A program made the translations under genes and the position numbers. Source: a virus (taxonomy: Duplodnaviria > Caudoviricetes). From it: DNA of 64,000 nt. The notes beneath the pieces were generated by a model. It did not search any database and had not been told where the DNA came from. It saw only the letters and a list, made by a program, of their open reading frames with translations. Position 1 is the stretch's first letter. Every line of letters starts with the position of its first letter. Positions 29,617 to 38,985 of the stretch are shown here, piece after piece. The stretch is taken from IMG/VR virus record IMGVR_UViG_3300028833_000071. One strand, 5' to 3'.

Positions 29617-31484
29617 AATGGGAAAAATATTATAATTTACCTGAAATACAAAAGATTAGAGAAAAGATAATTGAAACATATACCAATAAATTAGTATTTG
29701 AAGAGGGGCCTCATAAATATTATTTAGATGGGGTTGAATATATATCGGTATCGGAAGTAACGCACAAATATAAGCCCATAGATAGTGAGCAAATGGCTGA
29801 AAATTGTGTAAATAAATGGAAAAGAGACCAAGACCCTTCATATAAGTATTATGGTATGTCCAAAGAAGAAATACTTGCACAGTGGAAAGTTAAATCAGAC
29901 CATGCTTGTGAATTCGGTACTAATGTCCATGCATTCGGCGAGAGTATGTTTTATTATATGACTGGTCATCCTGAAGAAATATTACCTGACTGTAAAACAC
30001 AGTTTGATGAAAATGGGCCTCATCCATCTAATCCACAGGAAGAAGCAATTGTAAAATTTTGGGATGATTTACCTGAGAATTTTGTCCCTGTGCTTGCTGA
30101 AACAAAGGTATTTAATCGGAATGGAACACAATATGCAGGTACTTTTGATATATTGTTTTATTATGTTGAGTATCCAGAATCGCCTAAAAACGGTTTGGTT
30201 ATATTTGATTATAAAGGGCTTGATATTAATACCCCAATATTAACAAAATATGGATGGAAAACAATGGAGAATATTAATATTGGTGATGTGGTTTATGATG
30301 GTGATGGTAATGAAACAAAGGTGATACATACTTCTGATATTCATCATAAAAAATGTTATAAATTATATTTTAACAATGGAGAAACTGTTATTTCTGATTA
30401 TGAACATAATTGGGAAATTTTTTTCTCGAATTGTAGAAAGACAACGAAAACAATTATGACAACAGAAGAAATTCTTGAATTTATGCAAAAAAATCCAAAT
30501 AGAAAAAATACAATTAAAATTCCCAAAATAAAACAATTCAATGGTATTGATGGAAATGATAATAATATAAATATAGACCCGTATGTTTTGGGCGTTTGGT
30601 TGGGTGATGGGCATTCATCCTGTGGCATGATTACAAATATGTATGATGAAATATTTAAAGAAATTGAAAAACGAGGTTATAAAATTGGGCCTGATGTTTC
30701 TCAGGGTGGTGCGGGCAAAGCAAAAAGTAGAACAATTTTTGGGCTTGCTACACAATTAAAACAATATAATTTACTAAATAACAAACACATACCATTTGAA
30801 TATTTAACATCATCTAAAAAAACCAAATTAGAGGTTTTAAGAGGATTAATGGATACAGATGGTTATTACAATAAAAAAAGAAAACGATTTGTTTTAGCAA
30901 CAACAAGAGAATATCAAATGAATTTTACTCTTGAACTTCTTTCTTCTTTAGGCATAAAGTGCAGTGTTATAAAATGTAAAAAATATTGTAATGATAAGAT
31001 TATTAATGGTTTTGATGTCACATTTTCATCAAAAGAATATCCATTTTTAATTAGAAAATTTGAAATAGGACATTCTAAAAAAAATCATGATACTTATATA
31101 AATATAACAAAAATAGAAGAGGTAGAAACAATACCGACAAAATGTATTCAAGTAGATAGTGATTTACATACATTTTTATTTGGTAAACACATGATGATTA
31201 CACATAACACAAATGAAGACCTATATAAAAATTATCGTGGTCAAACTTTATTGTGGCCATTTCAAGATATGTTAGACCAGAATGTCTCTTATTATACTTT
31301 ACAACTTGGGTGTTATCAAGTACCATTAGAAAATCTTGGCTATAATGTTATAGGGAGACGACTTATTTGGGTCAGACCTGATGGAACATATGAAAAAGTA
31401 AAAATAGAATCAATAGCAAATAGAATAAGGCAAGCATTAAATATCCCTTCTTCAAAGAAAATAATAGAAGAAGGACTTTTATAA
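29613..31484 (+). CDS. PD-(D/E)XK (Cas4-like) nuclease interrupted by an intein
   Basis: GTNVH, E, AGTFDIL, DYK/TN, Y.LQL..Y; intein at residues 202-532. Confidence 0.85.
   Translation: MKWEKYYNLPEIQKIREKIIETYTNKLVFEEGPHKYYLDGVEYISVSEVTHKYKPIDSEQMAENCVNKWKRDQDPSYKYYGMSKEEILAQWKVKSDHACEFGTNVHAFGESMFYYMTGHPEEILPDCKTQFDENGPHPSNPQEEAIVKFWDDLPENFVPVLAETKVFNRNGTQYAGTFDILFYYVEYPESPKNGLVIFDYKGLDINTPILTKYGWKTMENINIGDVVYDGDGNETKVIHTSDIHHKKCYKLYFNNGETVISDYEHNWEIFFSNCRKTTKTIMTTEEILEFMQKNPNRKNTIKIPKIKQFNGIDGNDNNINIDPYVLGVWLGDGHSSCGMITNMYDEIFKEIEKRGYKIGPDVSQGGAGKAKSRTIFGLATQLKQYNLLNNKHIPFEYLTSSKKTKLEVLRGLMDTDGYYNKKRKRFVLATTREYQMNFTLELLSSLGIKCSVIKCKKYCNDKIINGFDVTFSSKEYPFLIRKFEIGHSKKNHDTYINITKIEEVETIPTKCIQVDSDLHTFLFGKHMMITHNTNEDLYKNYRGQTLLWPFQDMLDQNVSYYTLQLGCYQVPLENLGYNVIGRRLIWVRPDGTYEKVKIESIANRIRQALNIPSSKKIIEEGLL
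30216..31208 (+). other. class 3 intein with LAGLIDADG homing endonuclease
   Basis: DYK|GLDINTPILT ... EHNW ... YVLGVWLGDG ... LRGLMDTDG ... TKCIQVDS ... ITHN|T. Confidence 0.88.
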
Positions 31485-31521
31485 TACAAACTTTTTTTGT
31501 ATATTTAATAAAAATTAGAAC

Positions 31522-31770
31522 ATGATAGAATCAGAGGAAAAATTACATAAGTTTTTGACAGAAAATCTTATTGAATATGAGGAATGTTTATTGTGCAAAT
31601 CGCAAAAACAAAATTCCAATGATGTTTTAATTTCATCATACTATTGTATTGTCAAACATAAAGGAGCATCAGGACCAATATATGTTATAAATGACAGATT
31701 TTGGTATGATTATGCCTTTTTGTGGGAAGAAAATAACGAACCATGGGAAATTATTTTTAAAACAAAATAA
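31522..31770 (+). CDS. hypothetical protein
   Basis: 82-aa ORF after TTGTATATTT motif. Confidence 0.65.
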   Translation: MIESEEKLHKFLTENLIEYEECLLCKSQKQNSNDVLISSYYCIVKHKGASGPIYVINDRFWYDYAFLWEENNEPWEIIFKTK

Positions 31771-31775
31771 ATTTT

Positions 31776-32453
31776 ATGAAACATTACGATAGTATACCAA
31801 GAATTCAAGATGATGGTGCACTTAAAGGTGACACTGTTTGGGGTTACAATAAATTAGATGGGCAAAATTTTTGTGTTGTATATAAGCCAAAAACAGATAA
31901 ATTTGGTCCATTCGGAAGCAGAACTGTTACAGTAGATGAACGTAGTGAACAACTTGGCGATGCTGTAAGATATTTTCTTAATAAAGGTTATGAAGACATT
32001 CTTTCTATCAAAGTTGCACAGAATTCTAAAAAAGGCGATGTTTTTAATGGAATAGAAGAAATAGTTTTTTTCTTTGAATGGTATGGAGAAAATTCATTTG
32101 CGGGTAAACATCAAGAAGGCGATGAGATGCATCTTGCATTGATTGATGTTTTTCTTAAAAAGAAAGGATATATTGAGCCAAAAGAATATGAAAAGATATT
32201 TAGAGATACTTCAATAGAAATACCTGAACTTATATATAAAGGCCCACTTGATAACAATATAATTTTAGATATACAAAATAATGACTGGACTAAGGAAGAT
32301 TGCAAATATCCTAATGTCAAAGAAGGTGTTGTGTTTAAACGCAGTACACTTCTTAAAGGCCAAAGAAGGCCCTCAGTTAAAGTTAAAACAAAATGGTGGA
32401 TAAATAAACTTCATTCCATGTATAGTGAGGAAGAATGTAAACAATTAGAATGA
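31776..32453 (+). CDS. ATP-dependent RNA ligase (Rnl2-like nucleotidyltransferase)
   Basis: Motif I YNKLDGQN, FGSR, FEWYG, EGVVFK, VKVKT. Confidence 0.8.
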   Translation: MKHYDSIPRIQDDGALKGDTVWGYNKLDGQNFCVVYKPKTDKFGPFGSRTVTVDERSEQLGDAVRYFLNKGYEDILSIKVAQNSKKGDVFNGIEEIVFFFEWYGENSFAGKHQEGDEMHLALIDVFLKKKGYIEPKEYEKIFRDTSIEIPELIYKGPLDNNIILDIQNNDWTKEDCKYPNVKEGVVFKRSTLLKGQRRPSVKVKTKWWINKLHSMYSEEECKQLE

Positions 32454-32839
32454 AATTTCAAATTATTATGTGTTTATACAGTTGCCAAAGTAGGAAAAAA
32501 GCCACAAAGGATATTGTGTGCTACAAGATATTGAATTGTATTAACGGTGATTTGTATTCAATTTATGGAAAACATAAATGGGAAGTTGGTACATTATATG
32601 AAGCAGAAAGAGCCAAACCTAGTTATTATGATGATGAAATAAAATTTGGATATTTTCACAGTTATGATAAAGAAATTGAAATTAATAAATATTCGCTTAA
32701 TTCAATGCAAAGAGTTGTTAGGTGTATTATACCAAAAGGGACTTATTACTATCACGGTATTCATTCTGATGGCCGTGAAGGTTATGCTTCTAAAAAATTA
32801 AAAGTTGTTCATGTTTTTGAAAATAATGAAGACGATTAA
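32450..32839 (+). CDS. hypothetical phage protein
   Basis: KA.KDIVCYK, GYFHSY, CIIPKGT.YY.G, YASKKL. Confidence 0.75.
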   Translation: MKFQIIMCLYSCQSRKKATKDIVCYKILNCINGDLYSIYGKHKWEVGTLYEAERAKPSYYDDEIKFGYFHSYDKEIEINKYSLNSMQRVVRCIIPKGTYYYHGIHSDGREGYASKKLKVVHVFENNEDD

Positions 32840-33359
32840 GAAAATAAAAATAATAAATTATAAGGTTATGCATTATAATAGTGGAACAGGAAGTTATATA
32901 AATGATACATTAGAACAAATTTTGGATACGGATTTTTATTTTGATGTACCATATCAAATAAATAAACAAAAATACAACATTGTCCTTGAAAAGTATGGGG
33001 AAAAATCTAGAATGACGGATGCTACAATAGTTGAATTCAGTATGGATGTGGATAAAGAAGAAGATGAAGATATGAATACTTGTGGCTATACATTATTTGT
33101 TTTTCCTAAAAACAGCCCTTCAGAAAGTGATGATTTTTATGATTGCATACAATTCCGTGATTATAAATATGATAATACAAAAGAAAGTTTTGAGACCTTT
33201 GTAAAAGAAATATTAACTTCTATTGTTACTCCAAATATAGAATATATTAATAAAGCTAAGGCTCAAATATATGCGAACATGACTGAAGAAATTAGACAAC
33301 TATCCGTATTAGATAAAATAATTCAAAAAAAAATAGAACATGAAACACTTTCAAACTGA
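32826..33359 (+). CDS. hypothetical protein
   Basis: ORF; ATG at MKTIKK preferred. Confidence 0.7.
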   Translation: MKTIKKIKIINYKVMHYNSGTGSYINDTLEQILDTDFYFDVPYQINKQKYNIVLEKYGEKSRMTDATIVEFSMDVDKEEDEDMNTCGYTLFVFPKNSPSESDDFYDCIQFRDYKYDNTKESFETFVKEILTSIVTPNIEYINKAKAQIYANMTEEIRQLSVLDKIIQKKIEHETLSN

Positions 33360-33519
33360 AGATTATGATTCGATGAAAGATTATGAATTTAGTCTAATGC
33401 ATCATAGTGATGACATAAACGATGAAGATTATGGTCCGATAGTAAAACACTTTAAAGACATTGAAGATACTGATGATGATGACTATGGTCCGATAATAAA
33501 ACATTTTAAAGATTATTGA
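33340..33519 (+). CDS. 59-aa acidic peptide with internal tandem repeat (not in ORF track)
   Basis: MKHFQTEDYDS...DEDYGPIVKHFKDIEDTDDDDYGPIIKHFKDY; fills the gap between coupled genes. Confidence 0.55.
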   Translation: MKHFQTEDYDSMKDYEFSLMHHSDDINDEDYGPIVKHFKDIEDTDDDDYGPIIKHFKDY

Positions 33520-33521
33520 TT

Positions 33522-34592
33522 ATGAAATGGTTTAAAGAAACAATAACAAAAGAAGATGGGATAAATGTAGAAGCACAGGCCCCAATGATTATATCAGCAA
33601 GCAGAAGTACTGATATTCCTGCATTTTATTCTGATTGGTTTTTCCATAGGTTAAAAGTTGGATATTCAGCATGGATTAATCCATTTACCAAGGAGAAATC
33701 TTATATTTCATATAACAAATGTAAGTTTATCGTATTTTGGTCGAAGAATCCAAAACCATTGATTAAGCATATTGATGAGTTAAAGGAACATGGTATTGGC
33801 TGTTATATTCAATATACTTTGAATGATTATGAAAACGAAGGTCTTGAAAAAGGTGTTCCGCCATTGAGTGAAAGAATTGAAACATTTAAGGCACTTGTTG
33901 ATAAATTAGGCAAAGGCAGTGTGATATGGCGTTTTGACCCATTGATACTTACTGATAAAATTTCAATTGATGATTTAATCAATAAAATAAAGAACATCGG
34001 CAACCAATTATATGGCTATACCAAGAAACTTGTGTTTAGTTTTGCCGATATTGCAGCTTATAAAAAGGTTAAGGCAAATCTTGAGAGTAATAGGATAAAT
34101 TATCAAGAGTGGACAGAGGAACAAATGGATGAGTTCGCCCAAAAGTTAGCCAAATTAAATAAAAAATGGAATTATGAGATAGCAACTTGTGGCGAGAAGA
34201 TTGATTTAGAAAAATATGATATTCAACATAATCATTGTGTTGATGATAGACTGATTACTCAAATATCATATAATGATAAGGAATTGATGGATTTTCTTGG
34301 TGTTGAAATAAAAGAAACTGACGATACCTTATTTGGAAAAGAAGATGTACCTGAAGGCTCTCTTATACTTAATGATACACTGTATGCAGTATTTAATAAG
34401 AATAACAAGGATAAAGGGCAGCGTATTTTGTGCGGCTGTATTGTAAGTAAAGATATCGGCCAATATAACACTTGTCCCCATGGATGTGAATACTGTTATG
34501 CAAATTCAAGCAAATGGCTTGCAAATAAAAATTATAATGAACATAAAAATAATCCGTTAGGAGAAACAATAATACAAGAATATGGAAACTAA
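33522..34592 (+). CDS. DUF1848 family radical-SAM-like protein
   Basis: ISASRSTDIPAFY, VFWSKNP, WRFDP, SKDIGQYNTCPHGCEYCYAN. Confidence 0.92.
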   Translation: MKWFKETITKEDGINVEAQAPMIISASRSTDIPAFYSDWFFHRLKVGYSAWINPFTKEKSYISYNKCKFIVFWSKNPKPLIKHIDELKEHGIGCYIQYTLNDYENEGLEKGVPPLSERIETFKALVDKLGKGSVIWRFDPLILTDKISIDDLINKIKNIGNQLYGYTKKLVFSFADIAAYKKVKANLESNRINYQEWTEEQMDEFAQKLAKLNKKWNYEIATCGEKIDLEKYDIQHNHCVDDRLITQISYNDKELMDFLGVEIKETDDTLFGKEDVPEGSLILNDTLYAVFNKNNKDKGQRILCGCIVSKDIGQYNTCPHGCEYCYANSSKWLANKNYNEHKNNPLGETIIQEYGN

Positions 34593-35004
34593 TTTTGGCC
34601 AATGGTTAGATAGTGTCGTGAATGATAATTCACTTATTAAAGAGTTTGACACATTAAAAGAAAAGTACTCATTGCTTTTTGTTAAAAAGTATTTTGGAGA
34701 AGAGGCTTCTTCAACATTTTGGCAAGGAAATGTATTTTACATAAATGATTATTATTTTGGTTTTATGGATATTGTTTATGCCATAAATAATAATGTCGGC
34801 GAAAATAATCTGTTTGAATGGTATGACTATAGCCTATTAGCATATGAATATGATTTGAGTAATATCACATTGGAACATTATATGTGTGGTTATAGGCCAT
34901 TTTTAAAGGATGACCTTGAAAAATTATCAAAACTTCAAAGCCAAATCATCCAATGTCAAGAGGAATATGATACATTGTTAGAAAAATTGAAAGCACAAAA
35001 ATAA
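34582..35004 (+). CDS. hypothetical protein
   Basis: 140-aa ORF. Confidence 0.7.
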   Translation: METNFGQWLDSVVNDNSLIKEFDTLKEKYSLLFVKKYFGEEASSTFWQGNVFYINDYYFGFMDIVYAINNNVGENNLFEWYDYSLLAYEYDLSNITLEHYMCGYRPFLKDDLEKLSKLQSQIIQCQEEYDTLLEKLKAQK

Positions 35005-35023
35005 TTATTTAAAAATAAAAATT

Positions 35024-35260
35024 ATGTATACAGAAATTTATGAAATAATAAAAGACATACCGTTGCAAGGTGGCGGTACTATCAAGAAAGGAAGACAAGT
35101 CCAAAAGACAAATGGCGTTTATTATTTGGACGGTGGTATGTTACCGCCTGATTATCAGAAAGATTTTGATGAATTGGTTAATGCCGAAAGAGTTACAGGA
35201 TGGAAATATTTAGTTCCATTAAAGACAAAAACACTTTGGAGTAATAATAAAGAAGGATAA
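35024..35260 (+). CDS. hypothetical protein
   Basis: 78-aa ORF with AT-rich leader. Confidence 0.7.
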   Translation: MYTEIYEIIKDIPLQGGGTIKKGRQVQKTNGVYYLDGGMLPPDYQKDFDELVNAERVTGWKYLVPLKTKTLWSNNKEG

Positions 35261-35341
35261 AATATTGCAAAATATTTGCTTATAAAAAAATATAATTGTA
35301 TATTTATTTTAAATTTGGTAATTAATTAAAATTTATAAAAC

Positions 35342-35815
35342 ATGAAACTTATTATTTTTGATGGCCGCATTGGTGCTAAAGGTGCGGAGGTAATGTCAAC
35401 TAAGGGTGGTAAGCCTTTTGTGAGATTTAGTGTTGCTAACAATTCATTTGTGAATGGACAAGAAAAAACCGAGTGGTTTGATGTGACAAGTTATGACCCG
35501 TTTATTATCGAGAACAAAGTTAATTCTTTGAAAAAGGGTACACCGGTTCAAATCGTAGGTACATTGAATACCGAGGTTAAGGTTAAAGACGGTAAGGTAT
35601 GGGTTAACCAATATGTTACAGCAGATAAGATTGAGTTTATGTTCCTTGGCAAGAGTGAAGAGCAAACCCAAAACACCTCAACAGTAAGCACTGAATCAAT
35701 TGAAACAGTTTCAACAATAACAGGTGGGACAAAATCAGAAGCATTGATGAGTCAAGCATCGCCTGTAGTTGAGGAAACACTTCCGACAGATAGCGAGGAT
35801 GAACTTCCATTTTAA
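35342..35815 (+). CDS. ssb: single-stranded DNA-binding protein
   Basis: OB fold (FSVA..., KTEWFDV, LKKG..V.IVG.L) with acidic tail ending DELPF. Confidence 0.92.
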   Translation: MKLIIFDGRIGAKGAEVMSTKGGKPFVRFSVANNSFVNGQEKTEWFDVTSYDPFIIENKVNSLKKGTPVQIVGTLNTEVKVKDGKVWVNQYVTADKIEFMFLGKSEEQTQNTSTVSTESIETVSTITGGTKSEALMSQASPVVEETLPTDSEDELPF

Positions 35816-35896
35816 AATGGAAAAATATTGAATTCAAGCATAAAGGCCATTAACATGGCCTTTTTTTTATAAATAATTAAATTAAAATAAATTATT

Positions 35897-36232
35897 ATGT
35901 TTAGTATTAGGAAAATTAGTAGTATTGAAGAATTTAATAAATTTCTCACAGAGAATGAAAATGTTTGTGTGAAATTTTCAGCCGATTGGTGTCAGCCGTG
36001 TAAACTATTAGGCCAACGTTTGCAAAATCTTGATAACGAGAAGATTGGTAATGTGCTGTTTGGTGAGGTTGAAATCAGTGAAAATGAAGATTGTGAACAA
36101 TTGGCTGAAATGTATGGCGTATCAAATATTCCATGTATGGCTTATTTCAAGAACAAAGAAATCGTTGATGTCAGTACAGGTCTTGTGTCATTGGATGATG
36201 TATATAATCGTGTTAATAAATTGATTGGATAA
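35897..36232 (+). CDS. trxA: thioredoxin
   Basis: FSADWCQPCK, YGVSNIP. Confidence 0.9.
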   Translation: MFSIRKISSIEEFNKFLTENENVCVKFSADWCQPCKLLGQRLQNLDNEKIGNVLFGEVEISENEDCEQLAEMYGVSNIPCMAYFKNKEIVDVSTGLVSLDDVYNRVNKLIG

Positions 36233-36438
36233 TGGTCTGGGTAATTGGAATTATTAAATTTTTATGCTCTGCAATCGCTTTATTTTGCACATGTGCATTT
36301 ATATTAAGTTGTATAACAAGCGTAATAAACCCCAATTTTAAAATCGAAAAAGACAAGGTTGTTGATGGTAGTGATAATGTAAGATATATTTTGGTTATCA
36401 TATTATCAATAATGTGGGGTGTTGTAATTGCATTGTAA
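36232..36438 (+). CDS. small membrane protein
   Basis: Two TM helices. Confidence 0.7.
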   Translation: MVWVIGIIKFLCSAIALFCTCAFILSCITSVINPNFKIEKDKVVDGSDNVRYILVIILSIMWGVVIAL

Positions 36439-36439
36439 C

Positions 36440-36721
36440 ATGGAAAATGATAAAGAAAATGTTGAGTGGATGGATGAAAAAGTAACCAAAATAAAGGGGC
36501 ATAATTTCTTTTATAAGGTTGTATGCTTTTTCTTGGGCCGATGGTGGAAAAAATTAACATATAAAGATTTATTCCTATTATACTATGGCGTAAATAGAAA
36601 ATCCATGGGTGAACATAACTCAAGAAAAAAAGCATTGCAATCAATACTTAAAATATATAAGCAAAATAATGGTGATTACCCCCAAATGGTTTCGGAAAAT
36701 AATAATGAGGAAAATGTTTAG
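36440..36721 (+). CDS. hypothetical protein
   Basis: ORF from MENDKEN, ends in TAG. Confidence 0.65.
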   Translation: MENDKENVEWMDEKVTKIKGHNFFYKVVCFFLGRWWKKLTYKDLFLLYYGVNRKSMGEHNSRKKALQSILKIYKQNNGDYPQMVSENNNEENV

Positions 36722-36724
36722 ACT

Positions 36725-37480
36725 ATGATGAACGGTGATGATTACAGGCATTTTGTCTGTATAGCAGCAGGTGATAATTCATCAGAATTAATGGAATATT
36801 ATAACAAAAACAGAAAAGTTGAGCCCTATGTGGTTTATAGGTATGCAGACGCTGAAAAATTAAGGCAGGAATATATTGCAAATTATCAAGCCATGTTAGA
36901 AAAAACAGATAATGAAACTGAGAAAGAATATATTAATAATAGCATTCTGGATTTAAAGGAAATGTCAAACGATGATTTCTATTATGATATAACAGAAGAT
37001 ATGACAATTGACCCAAAAACAGGAAATGCAATATCTGATGTAAACAAAGACGGCAAATTTACATATTGCAATATCGGTAAAATTTTTAGCGTACCTTTTT
37101 TAACAAAAGACGGTAGGGAAATATTTTCAGCCAAAAAAGGTGATATTGATTGGGAAAAAATTCATTTGGCAAACGGATACATTTATGAAAGAGCATGGGA
37201 TATGGTGATGAATGATTCAAAACCCCAAAATGAAGAAGAACAGAAAATTTTTGATAATATGGCTGACAAAAAAGCCTATTTCAAAAAATTTGAAACAAAA
37301 GAAAACTATGTAACGAGTAATACGGCTTTTTGGGGCTATGCTTTTGTGTCAGATAAAACAGGATGGGTTGAAGCAAGTGAGTGCGAGGACCAATTTTCAT
37401 GGATGGCAAATTATTATGATGTTTTTATTCGTAATTTAAGTGATGATACATTACTAACAATATATGAATGTGTTAGATAA
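36725..37480 (+). CDS. hypothetical protein
   Basis: 251-aa ORF, C-terminal DTLLTIYEC. Confidence 0.75.
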   Translation: MMNGDDYRHFVCIAAGDNSSELMEYYNKNRKVEPYVVYRYADAEKLRQEYIANYQAMLEKTDNETEKEYINNSILDLKEMSNDDFYYDITEDMTIDPKTGNAISDVNKDGKFTYCNIGKIFSVPFLTKDGREIFSAKKGDIDWEKIHLANGYIYERAWDMVMNDSKPQNEEEQKIFDNMADKKAYFKKFETKENYVTSNTAFWGYAFVSDKTGWVEASECEDQFSWMANYYDVFIRNLSDDTLLTIYECVR

Positions 37481-37505
37481 GAAAAGGGAGTATTTAACTC
37501 CCTTT

Positions 37506-38969
37506 TTAAATATCCCATGTTCCACAATTAATATATAAGTCTTCGAAATCAAGTTGATTTTCAATAATTTTAACGCCACTTTCATTACCTTCAACGATAC
37601 CATTAATTGCTTTTTTAGAAATTGAGCATAATTCATTATTCTTAATTGTCCATAATATATAGTAATCTTCAATACCTTGATTGTAATTTCTTATAATTAT
37701 TGAATCACCATCAACAAGTTCTTTTCTAATCCATTCATTGCCGTCCCATTCATTTATATAGAATTTAATTTCTTTTTCAGGACTTTCTTCAAATGGTTCA
37801 GAAATTGTATAATTTTTACGTCTACTGGAAGTATCCTCTTTACGTAAGCCTGGTATTACATCTTCGCCTACGGCTAAATTAGTTAACATCCAAACTTTAT
37901 TACCGAATATTTTTGTCGTATAATCAGTTCCTAAAATGTTTTCAATAGGATTAAAATTATCATTATAATCTTTTACTAATCTTATTGAATAAAATTGATT
38001 TGATTCTTGTAATTTTTGTGCAACGCCATTTTTATTGTATGAAAAGTATTTTATATATTGAGAATCAGGTGTTTTTTCAGTAGAAGTCCAAAAATAAGCC
38101 TCTTCATTTCGTCTACGTATAAAGTAACTATTGCCACTTCTTAAATAATAGCCACATGGAAGTACATTAAAATCGACTTCATCAAAACCGCAAGTGCCGT
38201 CTTCTGTTATTGCATTATCATTATAAAGCCAATATTGTTCTGATTTTAATATTTGGCCGGCAGAATATCCTAAAAATTCATTAAGTTCGTCAGAATCATG
38301 GTTTTTATGTTCTTCAGTTTCAAAACTATTTAACAAGGTATCCCATTCTTCTTTTGTTGGAATGTGCCATTCGCTTTCAATCTCAGACAAATAAGTCTTT
38401 ATTGGTTTAATTGCGGCGAATTGGTATAAATTACCAGTAAATTCGCCAATAGGAGGCGGCAATGTTTCTTCTACTTTAGTTAAAGCTCTATATCCAATTT
38501 GAGGATTAATAGGGAGTTCACCACCTTCTGTCAAATCCAAATAATCATCCGCAGGGGCATAAACGCCTGTTTTTTCTGTATTATTCAAGCCCAAAGGATT
38601 ATTTATTGTGCCATCACCTTTAAGCGTATTATCAGTATATAAAGATGTTGTAAATCCTGAAACAGTTGTTTGTTCTCCATCGGGATATGTAATTGTGATT
38701 TCACCATTTGAAGGGTCATATTCAAATTTTAATGTATCGGGATTTGTTAAATTTAAATTTATAATAAAATCTTCACCATTTAAGCGTTTTAAAATCAATT
38801 TATTGCCTTCCAAGTCAAAAGAAAGAATATCATAGCCTCTAAGTGTATTAAAGTTTAAATCAATTTCTTTGGCTTTTAAAGCACAATTTTTATTTATATC
38901 ACCTGGATATATTATACTTTCAGGCAAATCATAATAAGTTACACCGCTTGTTAATATTGTTGTATTCAT
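37506..38969 (-). CDS. virion structural protein with Fib_succ_major (FISUMP) domain
   Basis: EIDLNF, TDNTLKGDGT..NPL, WHIPTKEEW, FNVLPCG, YFWTST, SIRLVKD, C-terminal INCGTW. Confidence 0.75.
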   Translation of the reverse strand: MNTTILTSGVTYYDLPESIIYPGDINKNCALKAKEIDLNFNTLRGYDILSFDLEGNKLILKRLNGEDFIINLNLTNPDTLKFEYDPSNGEITITYPDGEQTTVSGFTTSLYTDNTLKGDGTINNPLGLNNTEKTGVYAPADDYLDLTEGGELPINPQIGYRALTKVEETLPPPIGEFTGNLYQFAAIKPIKTYLSEIESEWHIPTKEEWDTLLNSFETEEHKNHDSDELNEFLGYSAGQILKSEQYWLYNDNAITEDGTCGFDEVDFNVLPCGYYLRSGNSYFIRRRNEEAYFWTSTEKTPDSQYIKYFSYNKNGVAQKLQESNQFYSIRLVKDYNDNFNPIENILGTDYTTKIFGNKVWMLTNLAVGEDVIPGLRKEDTSSRRKNYTISEPFEESPEKEIKFYINEWDGNEWIRKELVDGDSIIIRNYNQGIEDYYILWTIKNNELCSISKKAINGIVEGNESGVKIIENQLDFEDLYINCGTWDI

Positions 38970-38985
38970 GTTTGTTATTCTTTAT

